A DNA stretch of 63,445 bases, filler included. It is 6 parts of 6 records of this genome, joined end to end, with 100 filler letters (N's around TTAATTAATTAA, not from the genome) between each part and the next. Parts side by side here need not be neighbours in the genome. Positions count along the whole stretch, not along the records: positions 17,474 to 27,003 come from SRR20825010_4170; positions 27,104 to 37,219 come from SRR20825010_4172; 4 more parts are not named here. The stretch is one strand, 5' to 3'. How positions within the stretch are numbered: position 1 is the first letter of the stretch; every line of letters begins with the position of its first letter. The notes under the pieces were generated by a model. The model made no database searches and was not told where the DNA came from. It saw nothing but the letters and a program-made list of their open reading frames with translations. Below, in pieces: positions 19,395 through 28,175 of this stretch. Position numbers and translations under genes: made by a program.

Positions 19395-20644
19395 ACATTC
19401 TGCTGAAGTCTGCAAAAATTGTATGCCCAGAGAACAAGGACCTACACTTAAAAAAACGCGATATCCTTATAAAAAAAGGAGTAATCGATAAGATTGGTGC
19501 CTCTGTTGAAGCCACTAGCGGTGTAAAAGTGTTGGAAAAGGAGAACCTTCACGTCTCATTGGGTTGGTTTGATAGCAGCGTGGCGTTCGGTGAGCCGGGT
19601 TTTGAAGAACGAGAGACCATTGCCAACGGATTGTTTACAGCGGGCAAAAGTGGTTTTGCCGATATTGTGCTCAACCCCAATACGCATCCGGTACCCGATA
19701 CCAGTTCTGACGTTGTGTTTTTAAAAGAGCGTGGACAGGGTAAGGCAACCAAAATCCACCCATTGGGAACTCTGACCAAAAATGCGGAGGGGATTGATTT
19801 GGCCGAGCTTTTCGATATGAGAAACGCTGGTGCAGTTGCTTTCTTTGATTTCAAAAAACAAATCGCCAATCCCAATTTACTCAAGATAGCTTTACTGTAT
19901 GCCCAAAATTTTGATGGGCTGGTATATTCATTTCCACAAGATGGAGACATCAAAGGAAAAGGAGTGGCCAATGAAGGGGAAGTGTCCACAAAACTTGGCT
20001 TAAAGGGAATTCCCGCATTAGCGGAGGAACTACAGATTGCACGTGACCTTTTTATCCTAGAATATACTGGGGGAAAACTGCATATCCCTACGATTTCGTC
20101 GGCAGGTTCGGTGAAACTTATTGCCGAAGCCAAGAAAAAAGGGCTGGACGTTTCTTGTAGTGTAGCGGTACACAATCTATTTTTTTCTGATGAAACTTTA
20201 GTGGAGTTTGATACGCATTTTAAGGTTTCCCCTCCCCTGCGCACAAAATCTGACTGCAAGGCCTTGATCAAAGGGGTGAAGAATGGAACTATAGATTTTG
20301 TGACTTCGGACCACATTCCTATGGATGTAGAGCACAAACGCGTAGAATTTGACAACGCAAAAAATGGCAGCATAGGTCTGGAGTCTGCATTTGGTTGTTT
20401 GAATACCATTTTTGAACTGGACGAAACCATCACATTGTTGACCAAGGGAAGGTCTCGATATCAAATAGAGTCTCCAAAACTGGAAGAAGGCGCCATGGCT
20501 TGCTTAACACTCTTCAATCCGGAGGGAGAATATATTTTTGGAACAGGGGACATTCTTTCTACATCAAAAAACAGTATGTTCGTAGGTGCTACCTTAAAGG
20601 GTACGGTTTACGGAATCATCAATAACGACCTAAGTACTTTGTAA
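19391..20644 (+). CDS. Dihydroorotase-like protein, probably inactive (PyrC'-like)
   Basis: DHOase-family motifs (EPG..ERETI, PNTHPV, KVSPPLR, SDHIP), but HxH is replaced by DSSVAF. ATG at 19391 overlaps the upstream TGA. Confidence 0.85.
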   Translation: MNILLKSAKIVCPENKDLHLKKRDILIKKGVIDKIGASVEATSGVKVLEKENLHVSLGWFDSSVAFGEPGFEERETIANGLFTAGKSGFADIVLNPNTHPVPDTSSDVVFLKERGQGKATKIHPLGTLTKNAEGIDLAELFDMRNAGAVAFFDFKKQIANPNLLKIALLYAQNFDGLVYSFPQDGDIKGKGVANEGEVSTKLGLKGIPALAEELQIARDLFILEYTGGKLHIPTISSAGSVKLIAEAKKKGLDVSCSVAVHNLFFSDETLVEFDTHFKVSPPLRTKSDCKALIKGVKNGTIDFVTSDHIPMDVEHKRVEFDNAKNGSIGLESAFGCLNTIFELDETITLLTKGRSRYQIESPKLEEGAMACLTLFNPEGEYIFGTGDILSTSKNSMFVGATLKGTVYGIINNDLSTL

Positions 20645-20970
20645 TGAGCGACCCATCTGCCCCAGGGAAAACTGCTGCCGTAGTAGCTTATATTACCATT
20701 GTTGGCTGCTTGATTGCCATCACCATGAACATTGAAGAAAAAAATGAATATGCCCGTTTCCATATTCGGCAAGCATTTGGCATACATGTCCTTTTTCATG
20801 CCCTGGCCATTTTAATGACCTATGCGGGCTATGCATATTTGGCCATACCGGTTTATCTTTTTTATTTTGCCATATGGATTTTTGGCTTTTTACAAGCCCT
20901 TAACGATAAACTTAAACCATTGCCAATAGTGGGTAAGTATTTTCAAAAATGGTTCACATTCATATCTTAA
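20644..20970 (+). CDS. Small membrane protein (DUF4870/Tic20-like)
   Basis: Three hydrophobic segments, RFHIRQAFG and PLPIVG motifs. Confidence 0.75.
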   Translation: MSDPSAPGKTAAVVAYITIVGCLIAITMNIEEKNEYARFHIRQAFGIHVLFHALAILMTYAGYAYLAIPVYLFYFAIWIFGFLQALNDKLKPLPIVGKYFQKWFTFIS

Positions 20971-20979
20971 ACTAACAAT

Positions 20980-21639
20980 ATGTCGCTTAAACCCCTATCA
21001 CTAGAATATCTGCTAAGACCTTCGGCCAAAGTTTCTGGTAAAATTCCGGCACTTTTTATGTTCCATGGTTACGGCAGCAACGAAGAGGACCTATTCTCTT
21101 TCGCCTCTGAACTTCCAGAGGAATTAACGGTGATTTCGGTTAGGGCACCATATAACCTTGAACCTTTTGGACACGCGTGGTATGCCATCAATTTTGATGC
21201 TGAACAGGGTAAGTGGAGCGATGATGAGCAGGCCAAGGAATCTAGGGAAAAAATTGTTCAATTTATAGATGAGGCCATTGAAGCTTACAACCTTGATAAA
21301 GAAAATATAACCCTTTTAGGATTCAGCCAAGGAACCATTCTGAGTTATTCCGTAGCATTGTCCTACCCTGAAAAAGTGAAAAATGTTATCGCGTTGAGCG
21401 GATACATCAATGAAAATATTTTGGTTGATGATTATGCCCAAAAAGACCATAGCAAGTTGAATTTTTATGCTTCACACGGTCAGGTGGATCAAGTCATTCC
21501 TTTGGAATGGGCCCAAAAATCACCAAGTTTCTTGAAAAAATTGAATATTCCAACAACTTATGAGGAGTTTCCTGTGGGACATGGTGTTTCCCAGCAGAAT
21601 TTTTTCTCGTTCAAAAAATGGTTGGAAGGACATATTTAA
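20980..21639 (+). CDS. Phospholipase/carboxylesterase (alpha/beta hydrolase)
   Basis: HGYGSN, nucleophile GFSQG, HGQVDQVI and GHGV. Confidence 0.9.
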   Translation: MSLKPLSLEYLLRPSAKVSGKIPALFMFHGYGSNEEDLFSFASELPEELTVISVRAPYNLEPFGHAWYAINFDAEQGKWSDDEQAKESREKIVQFIDEAIEAYNLDKENITLLGFSQGTILSYSVALSYPEKVKNVIALSGYINENILVDDYAQKDHSKLNFYASHGQVDQVIPLEWAQKSPSFLKKLNIPTTYEEFPVGHGVSQQNFFSFKKWLEGHI

Positions 21640-21656
21640 AAGTGAATCCTCTAAAT

Positions 21657-22154
21657 CTAATATTCCTGCGGGGCGTAGAGCAAATGCTCTGCCAACGTAA
21701 AGTCTACGCTCAAATCATCCTTTAGTTCATACTTAATAATAAGGTCGCCCCAATATTTACCATCGGAAAAATCGGCCAAAATCCATTTGTGGTTCAATAC
21801 TTTGATTTTGTTGATTTTAAAATCACTCTCCATGCCTTCGTAAGGAATCAAAGGATTGTCGCCTTTTTGTTCGTTGGTTTCCAACAACTTATCCTGAATA
21901 TATAGTGATGGATTTTCAAGGTTCAGGTGGTCATAATACGCCAAAGCATCGTCATTGTTCTCCAAGGTAAAGTATTGCATGTCCAATACCTTTAAATGCA
22001 AGGTCTGCAAAGAATCCTCTAGCTTCACCACCTCTTGTTCTAGTTGTTTTACATCTGATATCAATGCTTTTTGCATATTATTTCCCGTAACAAACTGGAA
22101 AAGTGCCAATAATACGGCGAAAACGAATAGGTATAGAAATATATTTCTCTTCAT
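21657..22154 (-). CDS. Membrane-anchored hypothetical protein
   Basis: N-terminal TM, coiled coil and a small globular domain. Directly follows the MBL gene. Confidence 0.75.
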   Translation of the reverse strand: MKRNIFLYLFVFAVLLALFQFVTGNNMQKALISDVKQLEQEVVKLEDSLQTLHLKVLDMQYFTLENNDDALAYYDHLNLENPSLYIQDKLLETNEQKGDNPLIPYEGMESDFKINKIKVLNHKWILADFSDGKYWGDLIIKYELKDDLSVDFTLAEHLLYAPQEY

Positions 22155-22159
22155 CAAAT

Positions 22160-22936
22160 CTAAATTTTGATCTTTAGGTTATCGTAGGCCAAATGTATGT
22201 TTTTGGGGAGACTTTTTTCTACTTCTTCATGAAATCCCAACAAAGCGCTTATGTGCGTAAAATAGGTCTGCTCCGCCCCTACTTTTTTGGCAAAATCCAA
22301 AGCTTCTTCCAAATTAAAATGAGAATGATGTGGCTCGATACGCAGTGCGTTTATTACCAATACTTTGGCTCCCTTCATTTTTTTTATCTCCTCCTCTTCT
22401 ACCCGTTTCACATCCGTCATATAGATAAATTCTCCAAAACGGTAACCAAAAACCTGTAGTCTGTTGTGAAAGGCTTCAATGGGCACCACATCCAAATTCC
22501 CTAATGGGATTTTCATATTTTTATCGACTTCATTTACCTGAACAGCTGGAGCACCGGGATATCGGTCTTCGTCCGCAAAAATATAGTCGAACCGTTTTTT
22601 TAAGGATTGAATTACCCTAGGATGGGCATAAATTGGAATATCTCCCTGTCTAAAGAAAAAAGGACGTATATCATCCATACCTGCCGTATGGTCCGCATGT
22701 TCATGGGTGAACAGAATGCCATCCAACTGATCTATGGGATTGGCAAGCATTTGTTGTCTAAAATCCGGCCCGCAATCAATTACATAATTGTAGTTGTTCC
22801 ATGAAATCAATACGGAAACACGTAGTCTTTTATCCCTCGGGTCCTTGCTCAGGCATACGGGATGATTGCTACCGATTACAGGAATCCCCTGCGAAGTTCC
22901 CGTACCCAAAAAAGTAATGGTCATCTGATCATCCAT
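22160..22936 (-). CDS. PhnP/YycJ-like metallo-beta-lactamase-fold hydrolase
   Basis: FLGTGTSQGIP, DCGPDFRQQ, THEHADH, HFNLEEAL and THIS. Start moved to ATG 22936 because the track's TTG lies in a TAnnTTTG promoter. Confidence 0.9.
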   Translation of the reverse strand: MDDQMTITFLGTGTSQGIPVIGSNHPVCLSKDPRDKRLRVSVLISWNNYNYVIDCGPDFRQQMLANPIDQLDGILFTHEHADHTAGMDDIRPFFFRQGDIPIYAHPRVIQSLKKRFDYIFADEDRYPGAPAVQVNEVDKNMKIPLGNLDVVPIEAFHNRLQVFGYRFGEFIYMTDVKRVEEEEIKKMKGAKVLVINALRIEPHHSHFNLEEALDFAKKVGAEQTYFTHISALLGFHEEVEKSLPKNIHLAYDNLKIKI

Positions 22937-23012
22937 TAATTTCAAAATTATAACTTATTTATTTAATAGATTGATTGAAGAGTGTAACTTTGTTTCATCT
23001 TAAAATTTGGAT

Positions 23013-24464
23013 ATGCCTACCGTACCAAGCAAAGAAAATGCTTTTGAAAATATTCCTTCCATAAAGGCCAAAACCCTTAGGATAAACTTAAATCGTGATA
23101 TTTACGGAACCTTTGCCGAAATTGGCGCAGGACAGGAAACCGCTAGGCATTTTTTTAGGGCCGGTGGAGCCTCTGGGACCATTGCAAAAGCGATGAGTGC
23201 TTACGACAAATCCTTTAGTGATGCTATTTACGGTATTGAGGAAGACGGGCGCTACGTGACCCAATCCCGATTAAAGAAAATGCTGGACCACGAAATGCGT
23301 TTGGTCGAGGAACGGATAAGCAGGGACAGCAATCCGGATTATCTATTTTTTAGCTACGCCAATACGGTAGCCACCATAGATTTTTCCAAGAGATATAAAG
23401 GACATGGATGGGTTGGACTACGTTTTCAATTAGACCCCGACCAAAAGGAGTATGATGAGATTGTACTCCATATCCGTTTTAAGCAAAATGAAGCAAGATT
23501 ACAGCAAGAAACACTTGGAATACTTGGTGTTAACCTGATTTATGGGGCATTTTTCAAATTCCACAAACCAAGAAAACTTTTAAAATACCTATATGATCAT
23601 ATTGACCAAGATACGTTGGAAATTGATATGATCAACTTTACCGGGCCCAATTTTGCCGATGTCGATAACCGTTTGATGAGTCTTCAGCTTATTAAAAACG
23701 ATATGACGGATGCTGTAATGTTTGGACCTGATGGCAACAACTTGTTGCCAGCTGCCGTGCTTTACAAGAAAAATATCTTGGCCCTTCGCGGTAGTTTCAG
23801 GCCTGTTACCAAGGTGAATATGGATATGTTCCAGAAATCGTACGATATTTTCATCAGAGAACAAACGGTGGACATGGAAAACGCCATCGTTGTGTTTGAG
23901 ATAACATTGTCCAACCTCAAGGCATCTGGGGAAATTGACGAACAGGATTTTATGGACCGGGCCGAACTGCTCTGCTCCCTTGGCCACACGGTACTGATTT
24001 CCAAGTTCCAAGAATACTATAAACTGGTAGAGTACTTTAACAATTACACCAAGGCTAAAATTGGTTTAACAATGGGCGTCAATAACTTGGTGGATGTATT
24101 CGACGAAAAATATTACCGTCATTTGAGTGGTGGTATCTTGGAAGCATTCGGTAAATTGTTCTTCAAGGATTTGAAGGTTTACTTATATCCAATGAAGGAT
24201 CCCGAAACCGGGCAAGTACTTACCAGTAACAATGTTAAGGTCCACCCAAGGATGAAGGAATTGTACAAATTCTTCAAGTATAACGGTAAGGTGATGGACA
24301 TTATCGATTATGATCCGGATGTATTGCATATCTTCTCAAGGGATGTGCTCAAGAAAATCATCAATAAAGATGAAGGCTGGGAAAAGGAATTACCGGAAGG
24401 TATTGCAGAAACTATAAAAGAGAAGAACTTGTTCACCAGAAAAGTTCTGGAAGAAAAAGAATAA
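23013..24464 (+). CDS. Conserved soluble protein with CinA-like N-part and nucleotidyltransferase-like C-part
   Basis: No signal peptide or TM. AEIGAGQ..GGASGTI resembles CinA-C and LALRGSFRPVTKVN resembles NadD/CoaD GSF-x-P. Function uncertain. Confidence 0.6.
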   Translation: MPTVPSKENAFENIPSIKAKTLRINLNRDIYGTFAEIGAGQETARHFFRAGGASGTIAKAMSAYDKSFSDAIYGIEEDGRYVTQSRLKKMLDHEMRLVEERISRDSNPDYLFFSYANTVATIDFSKRYKGHGWVGLRFQLDPDQKEYDEIVLHIRFKQNEARLQQETLGILGVNLIYGAFFKFHKPRKLLKYLYDHIDQDTLEIDMINFTGPNFADVDNRLMSLQLIKNDMTDAVMFGPDGNNLLPAAVLYKKNILALRGSFRPVTKVNMDMFQKSYDIFIREQTVDMENAIVVFEITLSNLKASGEIDEQDFMDRAELLCSLGHTVLISKFQEYYKLVEYFNNYTKAKIGLTMGVNNLVDVFDEKYYRHLSGGILEAFGKLFFKDLKVYLYPMKDPETGQVLTSNNVKVHPRMKELYKFFKYNGKVMDIIDYDPDVLHIFSRDVLKKIINKDEGWEKELPEGIAETIKEKNLFTRKVLEEKE

Positions 24465-24492
24465 AAAAAGGCGCTATATCAGCGCCTTTTTT
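24464..24492. terminator. Bidirectional intrinsic terminator
   Basis: AAAAAAGGCGCT-ATATC-AGCGCCTTTTTT between convergent genes. Confidence 0.9.
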
Positions 24493-24497
24493 AGTTT

Positions 24498-24950
24498 TTA
24501 TGCCAGTATCTGTGCTGCGTGATCTTTGGTCTTTACTTTTTCGATGACATTTTCTACTTTGCCCTCTTCATCAATAACAAAAGTGGTTCTATGAATACCA
24601 TCGTACTCCCTACCCATGAATTTTTTAGGTCCCCAAACCCCAAAGGTGTTGATTACGGTGTGGTCCTCATCCGCCAATAATGGGAAAGGAAATTCATATT
24701 TTTTCTTAAAATTAGATTGCTTTTTCTCGGAATCCGCACTTACGCCCAAAAGTTCATAGCCTTGCGCTTGCAATTCCTTATAATTGTCCCTTAAATTACA
24801 GGCTTCCGCAGTACAGCCCGGGGTATTTGCTTTGGGGTAGAAGAAAACCACCAATTTCTTGCCTTTATAATCGGTAAGATTAATTGTGTTACCGTCTTGG
24901 TCTTTTGCTGAAAAATCAGGTACTTTATCACCTACTTTTAACATATTCAT
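24498..24950 (-). CDS. bcp: Peroxiredoxin Bcp
   Basis: FYPKANTPGCTAEAC and RTTFVID. Confidence 0.95.
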   Translation of the reverse strand: MNMLKVGDKVPDFSAKDQDGNTINLTDYKGKKLVVFFYPKANTPGCTAEACNLRDNYKELQAQGYELLGVSADSEKKQSNFKKKYEFPFPLLADEDHTVINTFGVWGPKKFMGREYDGIHRTTFVIDEEGKVENVIEKVKTKDHAAQILA

Positions 24951-25005
24951 GTGCGTCGCTCTTGAATTAATTGTTTAATATTTACTTTATCAAAGTTAAA
25001 CAAAT

Positions 25006-25668
25006 ATGACCAAACAAGAAAAGGTTGATTTTACTATTAAGACCCTGGATGAGCTTTATCCCACCATTCCTATTCCTTTAGACCATAAAGATCCTTATAC
25101 CCTGCTGATCGCAGTTTTATTATCGGCCCAAAGTACCGACGTTCGAGTCAATCAGATCACACCCTTATTATTTGCAAAAGCAGATAATCCTTTTGATATG
25201 GTAAAACTAACGGAAGAGGAAATCCGGGAAATCATTAAACCTGTGGGCCTCTCCCCTATGAAATCAAAGGGAATATATGGTCTGTCGAAAATTTTGATAG
25301 AAAAATATAATGGTGAAGTTCCGAGAAATATCTCCTTATTGGAAGAATTGCCCGCTGTGGGACATAAAACAGCAAGTGTTGTGGTTTCCCAAGCCTTTGG
25401 AATACCTGCCTTTCCTGTGGACACCCACATTCATAGGTTGATGTACCGTTGGGGTTTTAGCAATGGAAAAAATGTTGTCCAAACGGAACGCGATGCCAAG
25501 CGTTTGTTTCCCGAGGAAATCTGGAACCGTTTGCACCTTCAGATTATTTGGTACGGCCGTGAATATTCTCCCGCAAGGGGTTGGGATTTGGAAAAAGATA
25601 TAATTACCAAGACGATTGGGAGAAAAACTGTGATCAATGACTATTATAAAAACAAAAAGAGCCGCTAA
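25006..25668 (+). CDS. nth: Endonuclease III family DNA glycosylase lacking the [4Fe-4S] motif
   Basis: LLSAQSTD, HhH LPAVGHKTA (catalytic Lys) and VDTHI (catalytic Asp). No cysteine in the protein. Confidence 0.9.
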   Translation: MTKQEKVDFTIKTLDELYPTIPIPLDHKDPYTLLIAVLLSAQSTDVRVNQITPLLFAKADNPFDMVKLTEEEIREIIKPVGLSPMKSKGIYGLSKILIEKYNGEVPRNISLLEELPAVGHKTASVVVSQAFGIPAFPVDTHIHRLMYRWGFSNGKNVVQTERDAKRLFPEEIWNRLHLQIIWYGREYSPARGWDLEKDIITKTIGRKTVINDYYKNKKSR

Positions 25669-25681
25669 TTGCGGCTCTTTT
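25655..25681. terminator. Bidirectional intrinsic terminator
   Basis: AAAAGAGCCGC-TAATT-GCGGCTCTTTT between nth and the convergent 47-aa gene. Confidence 0.88.
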
Positions 25682-25700
25682 CGTCAGTTTGATCCTTAAA

Positions 25701-25844
25701 TTAATTCAATGTTACTTCAAACTGGTGTTTTTTGTAGTCAACTACATGAATCGATTTTGAAAAGCTAAGCAAGAAATCAACAGTTTTCTGGCTCGCTTTT
25801 ACCGTTTTTACGGATTTTTGTTCTTCAGAGTAAATGTTTTCCAT
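25701..25844 (-). CDS. 47-aa hypothetical protein (not in ORF track)
   Basis: MENIYSEEQKSVKTVKASQKTVDFLLSFSKSIHVVDYKKHQFEVTLN*. Lies between a promoter-like motif and a terminator. Confidence 0.8.
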   Translation of the reverse strand: MENIYSEEQKSVKTVKASQKTVDFLLSFSKSIHVVDYKKHQFEVTLN

Positions 25845-25873
25845 ATTCTAGCGTAAGTAATTGTTTCCATAGT

Positions 25874-25901
25874 ATAACGGCGCTAGATTGGAAATATTGC
25901 A
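25874..25901 (-). promoter_or_regulatory. Putative ECF promoter TGCAAT-N16-CGTTAT
   Basis: Read on the minus strand between the sigma gene stop and the 47-aa ORF start. Confidence 0.55.
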
Positions 25902-25921
25902 GGCTTCGACGTAATGCTCGA

Positions 25922-26506
25922 TTAATTCGTTAAAACGATATTCTTACGCTCAACAATCTTTCTTAGGTTAATAAGTGCATAACGCATTCTTCCCAAAGCT
26001 GTATTGATGCTAACATTCGTGTTTTCGGATATTTCCTTAAAGCTCATGTCCTTATAGATTCTCATGATCAATACTTCCCTTTGGTCGTCCGGCAATTCAT
26101 CTATCAAAAGGGTAAGATCGCTCTCGATTTGATCTTTGATGATTTGCTTTTCGGCATTCAACTTTTCGTCATGGATAACGGAAAAGATGTTGAAGTCATC
26201 ACTGCCCTCGAATTTGGGCATTCTTTTGTTCTTACGGAAGTGGTCTATCACCAAGTTGTGCGCAATACGCATCACCCATGGTAAAAATTTACCTTCTTCG
26301 CTATACCTTCCCTTTTTCAAGGTTTTGATGACCTTGATAAAGGTGTCCTGGAAGATGTCCTCTGCAACATCTCTGTCCAAAACTTTGCTATAAATAAAGC
26401 TGGTGATTCTTTGGTTATGCCTGTTGATCAAGATTTCAAGAGCCTTTTCGTCTCCGTCAATATAATTTCTTACTAAAATCGAGTCATTAATCTGTAGTTG
26501 TTCCAT
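25922..26506 (-). CDS. ECF RNA polymerase sigma factor
   Basis: Region 2 (AEDIFQDTF, WVMRIAHNLVIDHFRK) and region 4 (LPDDQREV, SFKEISE, TALGRM). Confidence 0.93.
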   Translation of the reverse strand: MEQLQINDSILVRNYIDGDEKALEILINRHNQRITSFIYSKVLDRDVAEDIFQDTFIKVIKTLKKGRYSEEGKFLPWVMRIAHNLVIDHFRKNKRMPKFEGSDDFNIFSVIHDEKLNAEKQIIKDQIESDLTLLIDELPDDQREVLIMRIYKDMSFKEISENTNVSINTALGRMRYALINLRKIVERKNIVLTN

Positions 26507-26757
26507 ACAAATTACTTTTTTTGGGTTAAAATCACAGTCCTCCCCATAAAAGGAAAACCTTAGTTATTCAGTTTTTAATCTTTAAAAAGTAATTATTCTG
26601 TATAGGCCTATCAGGATTTTAATTACACTTCAAATATAGATAAATAGCTAGGCGATCTAAAAATCTATGTTGTGAGTTGACGATTTTTATATGTTAACTG
26701 ATGCAATATACGTATTAAGTGTGGCGTATCGTATCTTTGAGACCCTAATTTTAACGA

Positions 26758-27003
26758 ATGGCAATCAATATAAACGTAGATCCCAAGCAGAATATTATCA
26801 TAAAAGGTGCCAAACTGCATAACCTTAAAAACATAGATGTAGTCATCCCAAGGGATAAGTTAGTGGTTATCACAGGTTTATCAGGTTCAGGGAAGTCCAG
26901 TTTAGCTTTTGATACTTTGTATGCAGAAGGCCAGCGTAGGTACGTGGAGAGTCTTTCCTCTTATGCTCGTCAGTTTTTGGGCAAATTGGACAAGCCCAAA
27001 GTG
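26758..27003 (+). CDS. uvrA: Excinuclease ABC subunit A, N-terminal fragment
   Basis: [10 protein letters not shown] and [29 protein letters not shown]. Confidence 0.96.
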
Positions 27004-27103
27004 NNNNNNNNNNNNNNNNNNNNNNNNNNNNNNNNNNNNNNNNNNNNTTAATTAATTAANNNNNNNNNNNNNNNNNNNNNNNNNNNNNNNNNNNNNNNNN
27101 NNN
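27004..27103. other. Artificial contig linker
   Basis: 44 N + TTAATTAATTAA + 44 N. Confidence 0.99.
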
Positions 27104-27162
27104 AGCCTGTCCTAAGTTTACCGAAGGGCTCTAGGTAGAAATAGATTAAATATTGCGGTAAT

Positions 27163-28062
27163 TTATTTCACAATAAAGCTGTCAATTACTGCTTCAATTT
27201 CTTTTTTACTACTGTTTGCAGGCATCGCAAATAAATGCGCAAATAAAGGTTTGTTGTCAACGCTTTTTTGTAACTCAATATCTTTGTTTTGCTCAAATAA
27301 GTCTTGCCATTTATTTCTTACAATTTTCCAGAAAGCTTCATTTTCTTTCCACCAATCTTGTGCTGCTTTACATTTTTCATCAGCTACTTTTGTATAGGTG
27401 TCGTAGCCTTTTTCTTGAGCTAATACAAAATCATTTCCTTCATCGTCTCTAATAATTTTATCATTATCCTGTTCATGCAACCAACCGTAATCTGTAATGG
27501 CATGTATGTTTCTACGCTTCATAACATTATAATCGTCTCGAACGGTGTGTTCTCTTCTTGGTAAAGGAGCATCGGTGGTGTTTACCCAATAATTTTTCCC
27601 GTCAACATGTACCCAACTTGCGGTGCCTTCATAACGCGGACTATCATCTACTTGATACACTTTTTGTGTCCATTGCCCTTTTACATCTTCTTTTGCCAAT
27701 TTTTCAAACTTCCATGTTTTGTCTTTATAAAACTGATATAAATTGGTGTTTTCATACAACCAATCTTGCCTCCAATGTTTAATAATCATGGTGTCGTTGG
27801 CAATTAATAAATGCTGCATTACAATTTTATTGGGTTTGTCTTCTACCAATTGTACCCATTCTAAAGCGCCTACTTGTTTTACTTTGGAAGCTTGGTAGGT
27901 AGAATCTTTTGCGTTGTTAAATGTTTCGGCAAAATTGAAACGTACTTCATAACAGCCACACATGTCTTTAATGTTTTTTTGATCCGCACTTTTATCGTGC
28001 TTTTGAGCTGTTACAGCAAGGCTCGCCATTGTTAAGCCTATAAAAATTGATAATTTTTTCAT
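27163..28062 (-). CDS. Secreted DUF6607-like protein
   Basis: Signal peptide. MCGCYEVRFNFAETF, KHWRQDW, VYQVDDSPRY and APLPRRE are motifs I recall for DUF6607. Confidence 0.75.
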   Translation of the reverse strand: MKKLSIFIGLTMASLAVTAQKHDKSADQKNIKDMCGCYEVRFNFAETFNNAKDSTYQASKVKQVGALEWVQLVEDKPNKIVMQHLLIANDTMIIKHWRQDWLYENTNLYQFYKDKTWKFEKLAKEDVKGQWTQKVYQVDDSPRYEGTASWVHVDGKNYWVNTTDAPLPRREHTVRDDYNVMKRRNIHAITDYGWLHEQDNDKIIRDDEGNDFVLAQEKGYDTYTKVADEKCKAAQDWWKENEAFWKIVRNKWQDLFEQNKDIELQKSVDNKPLFAHLFAMPANSSKKEIEAVIDSFIVK

Positions 28063-28110
28063 TGTTGATATAATTAGTTTTTCATTTCTGATGGAACAAA
28101 AATATAAAAT

Positions 28111-28175
28111 TTATTTAGATTGAATAAAAATAACTATATATTTGTCATAAAATTATTCAGAATCAATCTAAATAA
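28111..28175. promoter_or_regulatory. Two Bacteroidota Fur-box-like sites over divergent promoters
   Basis: ATTTAGATTGAATAAAAAT (28113-28131) and ATTCAGAATCAATCTAAAT (28155-28173) match the flavobacterial Fur-type consensus as I recall it (ATTTAGAATTATTCTAAAT) at 14/19 and 16/19. Confidence 0.7.

Noticed and set aside
23013..24464. TonB-dependent receptor label that I recall being applied to this family
   Set aside because: No signal peptide, TonB box, plug or beta-barrel pattern is present.
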